Positions 23,532 to 37,669 are shown, numbered from the whole stretch's first letter. The stretch: DNA of 63,994 nucleotides, filler included, from Stramenopiles sp. TOSAG23-2 (GCA_900128395.1; 3 parts of 3 records of this genome joined end to end with filler, not necessarily neighbours in it), one strand, 5' to 3'. The notes: generated by a model from the letters alone, not told the origin. Numbers and translations: made by a program.

Positions 23532-24381
23532 TTATCTGCACCGGTTTTTGTGGAGCGAAGCGTAATGTTTAATATATTATATGCCTTTTTTGTAATAATA
23601 ATATAATAATGTACTGTTTTTATGTATGTATGATGTATTTATTTTTGATCGCATAATGCTATGTACCTGCTATGCCCCTCACACAGCTGACGACAGCCTT
23701 TTTAATTTTAGAAACGTAAATAAACAGTATAGAAAAACGCAGCATTTTAATTTAGCAGTACATGCTATTGTGCTTGCAAGGTGTGACGGTGTGACGGTGC
23801 AAAAAAACAACAGAAGGGCAAACAGGAAGAACTTAAGAAATTTCTTATATTTGTCCAAATTCTTGAATATCCGATTTTATTAGCTAGATTGGTTATAATG
23901 CATCAATGTTTTGTAAAGTATGTTGGGTCTATTTATATAATAATACTTTTCCATATATTTTCCATTAATTGTATGATTATACTACCCAAATATGACATTT
24001 TGATTTTCTATTAAAACGTAGAAGACTTGTTATGGTTGAAAATAAAATAACACTATACTAACAAAGGAAAAAGAAGTTAGAAGCTTGTGGTAATAATAAT
24101 ATCTTAATTCTTAACCACTAACCACTATAACCCTACTACTTATTATTATATAATAATACCTAATACCAGACTACTATAGACTATATAGACTATATATATA
24201 ATATAATACTATATAATTAATAATAATAATAATAGATATGATACACACGTAACATACATACACTATAAATCAGGAATTTACACGTATATACATACAAGCA
24301 GAATAATAATTAAATATCTCTTGTATCATTGATAAAATCAATAATAATAGATAACATTTTTGAATCATACACTCTTTCAAT

Positions 24382-25979
24382 ATGGAAGGATGGTTATTAG
24401 GCGTATTGTTGACTATTGTTTCAGCTGCCGGATCGACAACGGGGTTAATATTGCAAAAAATGGCACATGTAAAAGAAGAAGAAAATCGAAATATTCAGAA
24501 TATTAGCAATGTTGACGAGGTAGTAGAAAATACAACAACGACTGAGTTGCAAGATAATAATGATAATGATGTAAAAAAATGTTTCGGTATGCCATGTAAT
24601 AAATACTTCATCGCAGGGTTCATTATGCTTGTTTTTGTACCTTTACCTTTTGATTTTATTGCTTTAGCAAATGCTGGACAAAGTATTATATTACCTGTTG
24701 GTACAGGCTGTACCGTCATTTTTGGACAGATTTTAGGTAAGTATATCTCATATATATATATATATGTTTTCATATTGAATATCGCTTTCAATTCTTTTCT
24801 TTTAATTTGAAACGACCAAAAAAAAATTAAAACAAACCTAACAATGTAAATCACTATGTACTGTACTTGCTATATACATGATCAAACGATAATTATATAT
24901 ATATTGTTATTATTATTATAGCACCGAAAGTTTTAAATGAAAGCTTGACTAGATTAGATATTGTTGCAACATTTTTGATTACCATTGGTGTTTTTATATC
25001 AACACTCACAGGTACGCATAAATCACCTGTATATACATCCAATGAATTATTACGTTTATATACGTTGCCACCAATTATCATAACAATCACTTTTATTGTC
25101 ATAACAACTACAATTTGTATATTATTTACACACTATGAAACAATAATTATAAATCAATGTATAAAACGAAATATTCAATTCCCAGAATCATTAAAAATAC
25201 CTATATTAGCATATATTCCATCAGCACTTGGTGCATTGCAAATAATGGTATTTAAAATGGTTGGTGAATTAACAAAAAATACATTTGAAGGATATGATGA
25301 AACTTATATTGAAAAAGAAACGGAAAATACAACGACAATCCAAATAACTAAAACAAGAAAAGTTCATGTAAATGAATTTGCAAATCCATTGTTATGGATA
25401 TGTTTATTATTTGTAATTACATTGGCCATCGGACAATTATCATATTTAAATCGTGGATTAGCAAAATATAATGCGATAAAGTTTTTACCAACGTATAACA
25501 CGTTGTTGTTGATGGTTGGTGTTACATGTGGTGCTATTTATTTTCAAGAATACAATGCATTTCACCCTGTATTTTTTCCTATTGGTGTATTATTTGAAAT
25601 GAGTGGTATATTAGCCTTAAGTTGGAAATCAAAAGATGACGTAGAGAAGGAGCATGAAAAAAAAAAGAGAGATAAGAATAAGACGAAGAAAGATGTTATT
25701 ACGTATGGTAGTAGTAGTAGCAGTGATGAAGATGAGGAAGAAGGAATGAAAGATGCTTCAAAGAATGCGTCATCTTCACCATTACAATCGATTAAACGTA
25801 TGATACCACGTTCACATGAAAAAATTTATCCTGCAACAACTACAGCAGATAATATTATTAATAACACCAAAAACAAGAAGAAGAAAAATGAAGATAATAA
25901 TCATTTGTTGGAAAAAGAAGAAGACGATGATGGTTATGATACAGTTATTGTGAAAAAAGAATCAAAGGAAACGATCTAG
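24382..25979 (+). CDS. NIPA-family magnesium transporter (DMT superfamily); intron 24737-24921
   Basis: GSTTGLILQKMAH, DFIALANAGQSIILPVG, QLSYLNRGLAKY, GAIYFQEY. GTAAGT..TAG splicing gives ILAPKVLNE in frame. Confidence 0.9.
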
Positions 25980-26428
25980 CTACCTGCACCATGTGTTACC
26001 TGCACCGTATTTGTGGAGCGCTCTACCTGCACCGTGTGTTACCTGCATCGTGTTTGTGGAGCGCTCTACTTGCACCGTGTTTGTGGAGTGGAGCGTATTA
26101 GTATCATGTGTTTTAAAACGATATGATACCACCATGTATATGTGATCTACTTTTATAAAAACGTAAAGTGCAAATGGTGAGAAACACGAAAAGGGTGTAT
26201 GATGTATGACGTATTTGTGGTGGGTACCTGCACCGTGTTTGTGAAGTGGGGTGTATTAGTATCATTTGTTTAGGTGCAATAAACACTCACACATTTTGAA
26301 AAATTTTAATCAAATAATTAGATCATAAAAATTCTTTTTTTTTAAAAATGTGATATGAATGATACCACCATGTATATGATCTACTTTTATAAAAACGTAA
26401 AGTGCAAATGGTGAGAAACACGAAAAGG
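25980..26428 (+). repeat. Cluster of TACCTGCACCGTGTTTGTGGAGCG-type repeats plus a diverged larger duplication
   Basis: Five CTGCACC-type units in 25980-26100 and another at 26225; 26123-26194 recurs at 26359-26428. Confidence 0.85.
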
Positions 26429-26803
26429 AAGACTTGTGTGGGGTATTAATAACGTGATTTGTAGTGGTGGTGCGGTGGTGGAGATCTTAAGTTTATAAAA
26501 GAGTTTTATTGAATTAAAAATTTTAATAAGTTAAGAAAGTATTTTATTTTACATTACAACATAATTTTACATTTTCCAGTGTGTGTATGTGTGTGTGTAG
26601 CTTTACAGGGGCTCGCTTTCAATTTTTGTTCAAAAAAAGTCGATTTTCGAAGTGGTTTTTTTTGAATGAACGAAGAAAAAACAAAATTAATAGAAATATA
26701 TATATAGAAATATAACTAAGAATAACAACAATACGAAAGGCATATCTACGATATATATATATTGAAGAAAGTGAACAATTAAACAGAAAGACGATATAAC
26801 ACG

Positions 26804-27721
26804 ATGGCATCATTAACAACCAAACCACCACATGCAAAACGACAACGTACGACGTTAAAACCAGCAACGATTGAAGGGTTAAAACAAAAACGGGCACCAC
26901 CACCTATTAAGATTGGTATATTAGTTTTACCAGCTGGATTTGAATCTGCCTGCGGGATCTTGTTAAATATATTACAATATTTGAATATTAAAACATTATG
27001 TAATGTGAAACGATCTTCTTTAATACAACAATGTAGAAAAGCATTTGGATCAGATGATTTTGAGCGTGTACGTGATATAGCATTGAGTATTGATTATGAA
27101 GGTAGAAGAAGTATAAATGAGTTGATACTAACACATCCAGCGAGAAGACTTTATTTATTAATTGAAAGATATCGAACAGAATTTCCACGTGGTACACCTA
27201 TCGTATGTGCATGTCGATACGGACGTATGAATGATGTAGAACTATTTGTTTCTCTTCATCCTTTTCACAAGTATATCACTAATCGTGATGTGAATGGCTA
27301 CAGAGATGATATGACATTGAAAGATATGGTAAATCAAGTCGGTAGAACTAGTTATGGTTATAAATATACACCTTTAATGGCAGCTGCATACGGCGAACAT
27401 TTCCAAGTAGTTAAATATTTGATTGAACAAGGTGAAGCTGATCCTAATATTGCAAATAGTTATGGATCGAATGCATTACATTATGCAGCATGGAAGAACA
27501 GAACAAATACTGATTTGATTCAATTGTTATTAACTCATATGACTCTTGATAGCATTAATAAGAAGGAGAGGGACGGGTGGACTCCCCTGGACTATGCATA
27601 TGAAAATAATCATAGTCCACTTCGCCAAGAGATCATTGCACTTTTACGTTCAAAAGGTGGAAAAGCAAATCGTTATGATGAAAATGGTAGATTAGTAGGA
27701 AGACGTAGAATAGCGATTTAA
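26804..27721 (+). CDS. Ankyrin-repeat protein
   Basis: TPLMAAAYGEHFQVVKYLIEQGEADPN, NALHYAA, GWTPLDYA. Confidence 0.9.
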   Translation: MASLTTKPPHAKRQRTTLKPATIEGLKQKRAPPPIKIGILVLPAGFESACGILLNILQYLNIKTLCNVKRSSLIQQCRKAFGSDDFERVRDIALSIDYEGRRSINELILTHPARRLYLLIERYRTEFPRGTPIVCACRYGRMNDVELFVSLHPFHKYITNRDVNGYRDDMTLKDMVNQVGRTSYGYKYTPLMAAAYGEHFQVVKYLIEQGEADPNIANSYGSNALHYAAWKNRTNTDLIQLLLTHMTLDSINKKERDGWTPLDYAYENNHSPLRQEIIALLRSKGGKANRYDENGRLVGRRRIAI

Positions 27722-27880
27722 ATATTAGTGTATTAACATAAAATTACAAATACAATATAATTTTTTTCAATAAACAAAGTAACTTTAATCTTATTACACT
27801 ACACATTTTACTTTCCTTACATCGCTACATAGATACACAATATACAATCAGCTCCTACCATTTGCATACACAATATAACA

Positions 27881-29608
<1,728 letters not shown>

Positions 29609-30747
29609 GACAATATTTTTAAACGAAACTTTTTCTCACGCGTTTCTATTGATTTATATGTACGATATATATATAGATTTTTATTTTTTACTTACCTAAA
29701 ACTTGTTTTGATTGTTGATTATTTCTACTTGTCTATCTGTCTCTACGTTTCTGTATTTCTATGTTTTATTTATATATATATATGTGTGTGTATCAGTTGC
29801 TTTTACCAATAGTGTACTGTGTTATTTTTTATTAGTGATATATTCCAATAGTGAACAGTGTTATTTTTATATGTTTGTATTTACCAAATTGAATGGATCC
29901 AATTACGATAGACACAGCATTAAAATAAGTATTTTCTGTTCTGCTATTTTCTTGTTTGCAGCCTTTATATATACTATCAAGTACATAGCACCTCAAATTC
30001 CCTATCAATCGAGACCTTATTTCCAGCGCCATTTCACGTTAGGTTTTTAATATATAAATAGCATAGGGAGTTTTGTCGATTTTTTGTCCTGATTTTTTTT
30101 TGAATCGCCAACGACTATTTTTAAGCTACTCGGCGAAAAAATCAGACGAATTTTTGTTTTTCGGGTATTTGAATCAATAATTTGAACAATTTGGAAATTG
30201 GGGAAAATAAATTTTAATCCATTATCTATGTGTCTATCACAACACACACACACAAAGATACAATTTATATTTGTAGAGCTTTTTTGGAATTTTGTCTTAA
30301 AAAAATGAAATCAGGGGAGGATTTTTTAAAAAAACTGCGAGTTAAAAACCAATTTGTACTATATTTGTTCGTCATTTCCGATTATTAACATATTAATTAA
30401 TATGTATAATAATATAAAAGTGAATTTTTTTTACTATCCAATAAATCTACAAAAAAACTCAATACTAGCAAAAAATACGTTATTACTTGCGGTCATTTTT
30501 AACGATTATTTTCATAGAGGCCGATAGTACCTGCTATCTGCCTGCTAACCCGGGCTAGACTCCAGACTTATTTCAAAAAAAGACTTATAACAACTCTATT
30601 ACTATTATTATTTCAAATTATAACACTATTCACTATTGGAAAATACAATTCAGACACAATATAGAAGTATACCTACATAAATATATATACATAAACGTAG
30701 AGACGAATAGACAAATACAAAAATAGTAACAACAAACTCAAGTTTAG

Positions 30748-31051
30748 GTAAGTAATAAATTTAAAATCATTGTATATATCTTACATATATGTGTATAAAA
30801 CGTTTGTGAAGAAGTTTCATGTCATTATCTCTTCTACTTTTTTCATGATAGTGAAAATAATTTTTTTTTATCAGCATGAAAAATTGAGACGGCTTATGTG
30901 ACTGAAACTTCCTTGACACTTACAAACATACATGTCACATACAAGTATACATACATTCCACACATATATATAAACAAAACATTACAAAACAAATACAACA
31001 CCAAAACAAAAATACTAACAATATATATATTTATATTCCACAAATCTACAG
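30748..31051 (+). other. Predicted 5'-UTR intron of beta-tubulin copy 2
   Basis: AG|GTAAGT at 30748, TACTAAC at 31013-31019, CAG ending at 31051. Confidence 0.75.
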
Positions 31052-31095
31052 TAAACAAACATAAACAAAACAAAACAAAAAACACCAAAGAAAAT

Positions 31096-31111
31096 ATGCG
31101 TGAATTAGTAC
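31096..31111 (+). CDS. TUBB: Second beta-tubulin gene, first 5 codons only (cut by contig end)
   Basis: ATGCGTGAATTAGTAC (MRELV); 31057-31111 is identical to the reverse complement of the copy 1 leader and start. Confidence 0.75.
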
Positions 31112-31211
31112 NNNNNNNNNNNNNNNNNNNNNNNNNNNNNNNNNNNNNNNNNNNNTTAATTAATTAANNNNNNNNNNNNNNNNNNNNNNNNNNNNNNNNN
31201 NNNNNNNNNNN
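31112..31211. other. Artificial contig-join spacer
   Basis: 44 N + TTAATTAATTAA (stops in all six frames) + 44 N. Confidence 0.97.
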
Positions 31212-31212
31212 T

Positions 31213-31602
31213 CAAACAATACGTGTATGGAATGTTGATACTGTTGAATGTATATTAACATTGAAAGGTCATACAGATTGTGTCAGATCAGTTGGATTTA
31301 ATCATGATGGTACAAAGATTGTATCTGGATCGAATGATAAAACAATACGTGTATGGAATGTTGATACTGGTGAATGTATATTCATTGGCAATCAATTAGA
31401 AGAAACATTACGAAATGAATTTAATAGAACATTACAAGTACCAGTAGAATATTTTAATTATGATACAAAGTCAATTATTGGTATGTCAGGTGAAGGTCAA
31501 AATACCAATCCAGAAATGTATATTGGTAAAAAACGTGGAGAAGAATTAGTATGTGTAGTAAAAGATTCACAACATGTGCATATCATGGAATATTGTTACT
31601 AA
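31213..31602 (+). CDS. WD40-repeat protein, 3' part (5' truncated at contig start)
   Basis: TIRVWNVDT twice; LKGHTDCVRSVGFNHDGTKIVSGSNDKTIRVWN. Confidence 0.85.
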   Translation, partial: QTIRVWNVDTVECILTLKGHTDCVRSVGFNHDGTKIVSGSNDKTIRVWNVDTGECIFIGNQLEETLRNEFNRTLQVPVEYFNYDTKSIIGMSGEGQNTNPEMYIGKKRGEELVCVVKDSQHVHIMEYCY

Positions 31603-31827
31603 AAGGGGAATGTGGTAAGATACAGCATTTTAACGACGATTTTATTTTAATGGTGGTTTTAAAATCTAAAAGTTAATATTTTTAAAAATATAAAATAACT
31701 AAATCAATATTTAATATAAATTTAAATATACGAAGCGTTCGTACTATATACAAAGCAAATATACAAAATAAACAGCACACGCCTACATGTGCGTATTACA
31801 ATATATTTTAAAATAATATAACCTCTT

Positions 31828-32403
31828 TTAATTCTTTTTAAACATTTTCTCTTTCTTTGCAAAAAACTCACAAATTTCTTTTTTAATTTCTGCAACTTCT
31901 TCTACATTAAATGAATTTAAACGCATCATAGTTATTTTCATGACCTCACTTTCTAATTGATCTATACCTAAATTAACTCGTATTTGTTCATCTGTTTGTA
32001 AATTATCATCTCCCGCATTTTGTACATTGGCTATAACACATTTCATGCTTTCTTGCAGTTTCATTTCATTCATTACCATAGCAAATTGCGTACGTGCTCT
32101 TATTTGTGATTCACGATCATTTGCATTAACAACATATAATATTACATTAGCATTAAAATTTTCATAAAAATAAGGCCAACAATCTTGCAACTCTTCTTTA
32201 CCACTAAGATCCCATACGTTCAATACAAAACGAAATTTTTTATATGGACATTTTATAATTTCATAATTGAACCCAGTAGTCGATTTGAAATTTTTATTAA
32301 CTTCTTGCAAACGTAAAGTATATAAAATAGTTGTTTTCCCAGCAGAAGAGGGGCCTATTAATAATACATTTAAATCGTGTGAAGTTACTATTGCGTTCCC
32401 CAT
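31828..32403 (-). CDS. ARF-like small GTPase, divergent
   Basis: MGN start, GPSSAGKT P-loop, TTGFNYE, WDLSGK, ILYVVNAND, ANVQN. Confidence 0.85.
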   Translation of the reverse strand: MGNAIVTSHDLNVLLIGPSSAGKTTILYTLRLQEVNKNFKSTTGFNYEIIKCPYKKFRFVLNVWDLSGKEELQDCWPYFYENFNANVILYVVNANDRESQIRARTQFAMVMNEMKLQESMKCVIANVQNAGDDNLQTDEQIRVNLGIDQLESEVMKITMMRLNSFNVEEVAEIKKEICEFFAKKEKMFKKN

Positions 32404-32519
32404 TGTTTGTAATATTTAATAGTATATATGTATATATATATATATATTTAGTTTATATTGATAATCAAGAAAACAAAGATAGATAGCCTTTTCAATATAT
32501 GTTTCTTTATGAGATCACT

Positions 32520-32552
<33 letters not shown>

Positions 32553-32634
32553 GTATGTATATGTGTGTGTATGTGTTTAATGTTATTGTCGATGTATGTG
32601 TGTGTATTAGTTATGCCAGAAGAATGGTTGCAAT

Positions 32635-32808
32635 CTGGCAATGCTGGAATGCCTGCCGGGCCTGGAATGCTGGAATGCCAGAATGCCTGGAATGCCAGAA
32701 TGCTGGAATGCTGGAATGCCAGTGGAATGCCTGGAATTAGAATGCTGGAATGCTGGAAGAATGCTGGAATGCTGGAATGTGCGAATGCCTGATGGAATGC
32801 TGGAATGC
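32635..32808 (+). repeat. GGAATGC(T/C) 8-mer tandem array
   Basis: About 20 degenerate units of TGCTGGAA / TGCCTGGAA / TGCCAGAA. Confidence 0.9.
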
Positions 32809-33464
32809 ACCTGTAACCAGCTAATATAGTTTTTTTGCTTTTTTTTTTGGATCTAACATCTATTAATAACCACTTGTGGCGGTACCGTATAAGTACATTT
32901 TTTAAAATCCTAGCCTATTATAATATTTAAATCCGCAAACCATCACTGCTGTGCTGCTGTGGCAGCTGGCATATTTATATACTGTATGTAGACTAGCAAG
33001 GCACACACCACACACCACACGCAACACAAAACCCGTAGAAAAAAGTCTGCTGTACATTAACATTTTGTTCGCAACTTTAACTATAATATAAATACCACCA
33101 GAAATTAAAATACCTGGTATATAATAGCACAATACAACACTTGCACACTTTACTTTTTGTGCCGAGTTTCTTTTTTTGTCTTTTCTGATCGTATCTTTGG
33201 ATGCTATTTCCATAGTAATTTGGGCTCGTATTAGTATTATATATTTTTTTTAACAACTCCGGTATATCTAGTAAAATTACTGGATTAATATAACTAAAAT
33301 GAATATTGATGAAAGATGGAGGAATACATATCATTATAAGATATATATATATATGCATAATATTTTCTCCGTGACGATATAATAATATTACCATTTATCT
33401 TCTTGCATTATTTAGTATCGGTAAACGAAAGAATCAATACTTTTTTTAAATATATTTCTCCATC

Positions 33465-34439
33465 ATGATTGTCGAAATGCGTGTACCAATGCCTATGACA
33501 CTGGACGAATTTGATAAAGGTTGGCTATATATGGCTATGAAAGCTTCAGAGGAAGCATCAGAGGAAGGTGATTCAGGGGTCGTTATATTGAAAAACGAAC
33601 CTTATGACAACACCGATGGTCATTTAGGAACGTCGGAAAAATCAGGCAATTTGATACCAAAAAACAAAGGCCAATATACGTTGAAACAATATTTTTTAGG
33701 GTCTAAATTACCAGGTTGGTTAACATATATCTTGCCACGTGATTCTATGTATTTAACTGAAGAATCTTGGAATGCTTTTCCAGAATGTTTGACTATATTA
33801 ACTAGTAATTATATGTCGCACAAAAAAACCAGAATTTTTGTTAAAACTTCTTTTCGCATGCATGATAATGGAAAATTGGATAACCCACATGGTTTGACAG
33901 CGGAGGAACTGAAGGAACGTGTTGTGCACACGCTTGATATATCTGCACAGGATAAAAACGACAAGGATTATAAGGCAAAATATGATCCTAGTTTAGTTCG
34001 TTGTGAAAAAGCTGGGCGTGGGCCATTGAAGCAAGGATGGATTGATGCTTATCAAGGTCCTCCAAAAGCTGAAACTAGTGTTGGGGTGGATGAGAAGAAG
34101 AAAAATGGGAATGATACTGATGGTAAAGGTCCAGCACCATTACCAATGATGACTGCTTATAAATTAATACGTGCAGATTTTAAAGTTTGGGGTTTACAAA
34201 CCAAAACAGAAAATACGATTATTAATAGTCAATTGAAATTATTTCTTCGTACACACGGACAAGCATTTTGTACATTGGATGATTATCAAAATTTATCCAT
34301 GGAAGACATTCGTAAATTGGAAGCGGAAGCGAAAGAAAAATTGGAAACCTTAAGAGGGATTAAAATGTCTTCAAAAAAGAAATCGAGGAAAAGTAGTAAA
34401 ATGGATCAAAATTTAGCAAAAGTCCCTGCAACAACTTAA
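33465..34439 (+). CDS. Phosphatidylinositol transfer protein (PITP, START-like)
   Basis: EMRVPMPMTLDEF, GVVILKNEPY, GQYTLKQYFLGSKLP, EESWNAFP, GRGPLKQGW, MTAYKL, FKVWGLQTK. Confidence 0.93.
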   Translation: MIVEMRVPMPMTLDEFDKGWLYMAMKASEEASEEGDSGVVILKNEPYDNTDGHLGTSEKSGNLIPKNKGQYTLKQYFLGSKLPGWLTYILPRDSMYLTEESWNAFPECLTILTSNYMSHKKTRIFVKTSFRMHDNGKLDNPHGLTAEELKERVVHTLDISAQDKNDKDYKAKYDPSLVRCEKAGRGPLKQGWIDAYQGPPKAETSVGVDEKKKNGNDTDGKGPAPLPMMTAYKLIRADFKVWGLQTKTENTIINSQLKLFLRTHGQAFCTLDDYQNLSMEDIRKLEAEAKEKLETLRGIKMSSKKKSRKSSKMDQNLAKVPATT

Positions 34440-34564
34440 AGAGAAGAAATAATATGCTGTGATGTGTGTGATATTTAAAGGGTTAAAAAAATATTTTTAC
34501 TGTACACAGAGAGAGTGTAAAAACATATTCTCTCTTATAACGCTTTTTTATTGTGTCTCTCTTT

Positions 34565-35413
34565 TTACATTTTTGCTTCACCTTTCTTTTTTTTCTGTGC
34601 AGCCATCATTAATTGTTTAATACCATCACCAAGTGTAACTGCTTCATCATCTAATACTTTATCCATCGATTCTCTTAAATGTTTATTCATGATATCTTTA
34701 ATACGAAGCATAGTATCTGGTGTAAATGCCGTCATGGCTTTTGCAAGTTCCATTGCACGTGGCATCAATTCATCTGGTTCAACCACTTCATTTACTAAAC
34801 CCATACTATGTGCATCTTCAGCAGATAACCATTCACCAAGCATCATAATACGTTTTGCACGTGGCATACCAATAATCTGTGCCATCATTAAACTACTACC
34901 AAGCTCTGGAGAAAGGCCTAATTTTGCAAATGGCCACATAAAACGTGCCTTTGTGCTTGCTAATACCATATCACCATAATTCATCAATGCAATATTTGCA
35001 CCGCCACCAACTGCTAATCCATTGATTGCCATGATAATTGGTTTTGGAAAATCCCAAAATGCTAATGTCATGGTTTTTAATGCTACATCGTTTTGTTTTG
35101 GACACATATCCTTTGCCCTATAGGCAGCAGCAACTTCTGGATCCAAATCAACTTGAGTAACACCAAAAGCAGCCCCGGATGAAAATGCACGTTGTCCAGT
35201 TGCTGTCCATATCAACACTTTGCATGCTGGATCACGCCTAGCATATTCTAACACTAAAAAGGTTTCATGTTGTTGATTTGGTGTCAATGCATGTAAATTT
35301 TTTGGCGTATTATAATATGCAACACAGATACCATCACCTTTACGTTCATATGCTAAAGAGTTTAAATTATAGTCACGTTCATCTGGATAATATGTTTTAA
35401 TATTTGTAAACAT
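34565..35413 (-). CDS. Crotonase-family enoyl-CoA isomerase/hydratase with PTS1-type C-terminus
   Basis: AFSSG, DFPKPIIMAINGLAVGGG, PFAKLGLSPELGSS, AHSMGLVNEV; ends AKM*. Confidence 0.9.
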   Translation of the reverse strand: MFTNIKTYYPDERDYNLNSLAYERKGDGICVAYYNTPKNLHALTPNQQHETFLVLEYARRDPACKVLIWTATGQRAFSSGAAFGVTQVDLDPEVAAAYRAKDMCPKQNDVALKTMTLAFWDFPKPIIMAINGLAVGGGANIALMNYGDMVLASTKARFMWPFAKLGLSPELGSSLMMAQIIGMPRAKRIMMLGEWLSAEDAHSMGLVNEVVEPDELMPRAMELAKAMTAFTPDTMLRIKDIMNKHLRESMDKVLDDEAVTLGDGIKQLMMAAQKKKKGEAKM

Positions 35414-36073
35414 GGTAGTTTTAATGTGTGTGTGTGTGTGTGTTATATTTCTTATCCAGTTAATTATTTAATAGTATTGTTACATACAATATATATAGAG
35501 AGAGTCTTTTTTTGTTTTGTCTTTAAACGCTTTCTTCTATACTTTTCTGTATCACATTAATAGTAATTGTTTCATACATATATAGTCGAAGAAGAGTATA
35601 TATATTAATTGGCAAAACTTTGATCGATTATATGTTAAGGTATTGACGACTGGGTGTGTTTTACTGAGAGTAGATATAATATAGGAATATCAACACAATG
35701 CTATGTAATCTTATAACCTCCTCTTATCAGGTAAATACTATTGATCACGATTTCCACAGAGCCGTGGCCCTTATATATTTAAATTACAATTATAAAAGGT
35801 ATATAAATATGTAGTCAATATAAATAAACGATATATTCATTGATTACCTTAATAAGAAGCATGATCCATGGCAAGCCCCACACCCCATCACACAGGTTGG
35901 ACGATAATAAATTTATTAAAACTACTTTTATATATATGCAACATATCTTCTCTTTTACCAAAAAAAAAACAAAACAAAAGGACATTTGTGACTATGCATG
36001 TGTGAAGATAGATATATATGTATTTCCCCCCTCCCCTCCCCTCCCATTTGATAACCACTATTTTTCAATCTTT

Positions 36074-36775
36074 CTATGACATTTTAGGCCATAATGTATG
36101 TAAATCCATTAAACTGGTCCAAGTACCACAAAAACCACATAACATTTCACCTAAATTTGTACCTTTTAATGGTGTTAATTGTGCAATATGAGAAAATGTT
36201 AAAATATGCAAAATGAATTTTTGCATATTACGTTTAACTAATTTTTCTTTTGCTTCACTTTCATGCTTTTTAAAATATGACTCTTCTATGTGATGTATTG
36301 CTGATACAATGCAAGCACATGTAAACAAAGAAAACGATACACGCATCCAATGAAATCGTCTTTCAAAATTTAACCATTTCACTTCAGCAAACCACCGTAC
36401 ATGATCAAAAATTTCCCACGATAAAATTAATACATTATATAATGTAAATAATAATTTTTTATGCAATTGTTTTCCCCATGCCCAACTAGTCGTTCCATTT
36501 AGTATTTCACTTAATTTTATCAAGGTCGGAAAAGCATTTAACCACCTATATGTACGACGATCTGAAATCGTACGTAAAAATACACTGTTAAATTGTTGTC
36601 CTAAACTAATTTGTCCAACTGCTGGTAAAAAACCACGTAAAAATCTCGATCCGTATTGTATCGTACGTACTACTTTGTCCCTACCAGCAAACGATTTCAT
36701 CGCCACATTGCATGCGGTCAACGATGTATCGTATTCGTTGTTTTTCTTTTCTTCTTTTGCAGTTGTTGATGCCAT
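36074..36775 (-). CDS. PEX11: Peroxin PEX11-family protein
   Basis: AGRDKVVRTIQYGSRFL signature, IFDHVRW, C-terminal GFCGTWTSLMDL..LW. Start placed at MASTT (36775). Confidence 0.8.
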   Translation of the reverse strand: MASTTAKEEKKNNEYDTSLTACNVAMKSFAGRDKVVRTIQYGSRFLRGFLPAVGQISLGQQFNSVFLRTISDRRTYRWLNAFPTLIKLSEILNGTTSWAWGKQLHKKLLFTLYNVLILSWEIFDHVRWFAEVKWLNFERRFHWMRVSFSLFTCACIVSAIHHIEESYFKKHESEAKEKLVKRNMQKFILHILTFSHIAQLTPLKGTNLGEMLCGFCGTWTSLMDLHTLWPKMS

Positions 36776-37669
36776 TGTTGTGTTGTCTTTTAAACTATAA
36801 ATGTATAAAATATTGTCTGTTTCCAATCTTTCTACTATCATCTGTTGATTCATTTGTTTATAAAAAGTAATTATAAATAAAAAAATTGGAGAAGAAGATA
36901 AATAAAGAATAAGAAGAAAGAAGAAGAAAAGAAGAAATCATTTTGATGATCTTTTAACACTACACAGTATTGATTTTATACTTGCCTGGTAGTGTCTGGG
37001 ATTATATTTGCGCAATCAAACCTGCGCGATGCCGAATTCCGTGGTCATAGAGGCCGATCGTAATCATACGAAATATTACTAAATATTAATTTAATTATGG
37101 AATTAACATATAAATAGTACTATCGATGGTCTCAATTAGTACCTGTATATCATTGTAGATGGTATAGATATCTTTTGTATTTTCTCTCACATTATATAGG
37201 TGTGGTATAATTGTATATCCATGCCGGGCATGGGGGAAACACAACTATTTAATATTTCTAGTCATCTTTCGTTCATAATTTGGCCAAGAGAGAAATGTTG
37301 CTGCGTAACTCAAAGACACAAAGACGTCGTCGCTTTCAAAAAGACGTCGCATGTTTCCACATGTAAAATTTTGGTAAAGAAAATGAAAAAAGTAAGTTCA
37401 AATACAGGGACATAGCATTAAAAATCAACAACATTCCGCAACAAATTCGGGTGAAAAACCATCCATACATCTACGTATTAGTACAACATACAACGTACAC
37501 ACGTACATTGGTAGAGAGGTACCGGAACCAAATGAAGAAACATCCAATGTATACAATACTTCGAGTTTAAGTGACAACAATACAACATATCAATAAGTTG
37601 AAAATACCTAGTATACATAACAATATTACATATATATATATTACAAAAAACAATTCACTGTTAAGAAAA

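Noticed and set aside
31112-31211. TTAATTAATTAA palindrome inside N runs as a biological site; tubulin-WD40 fusion across it
   Set aside because: The identical 100-nt construct occurs twice with stops in all frames, so it is an artificial contig linker.
32499-32829. Four overlapping short ORFs (MLECWNA...)
   Set aside because: By-products of the (TG)n/(TA)n and GGAATGCT repeats.
36978-37060. ATACTTGCCTGG resembling the U1 snRNA 5' end
   Set aside because: Mismatch in the ACTTACCTG pairing sequence, and no U1-70K loop, U1A loop or Sm site recognisable downstream.
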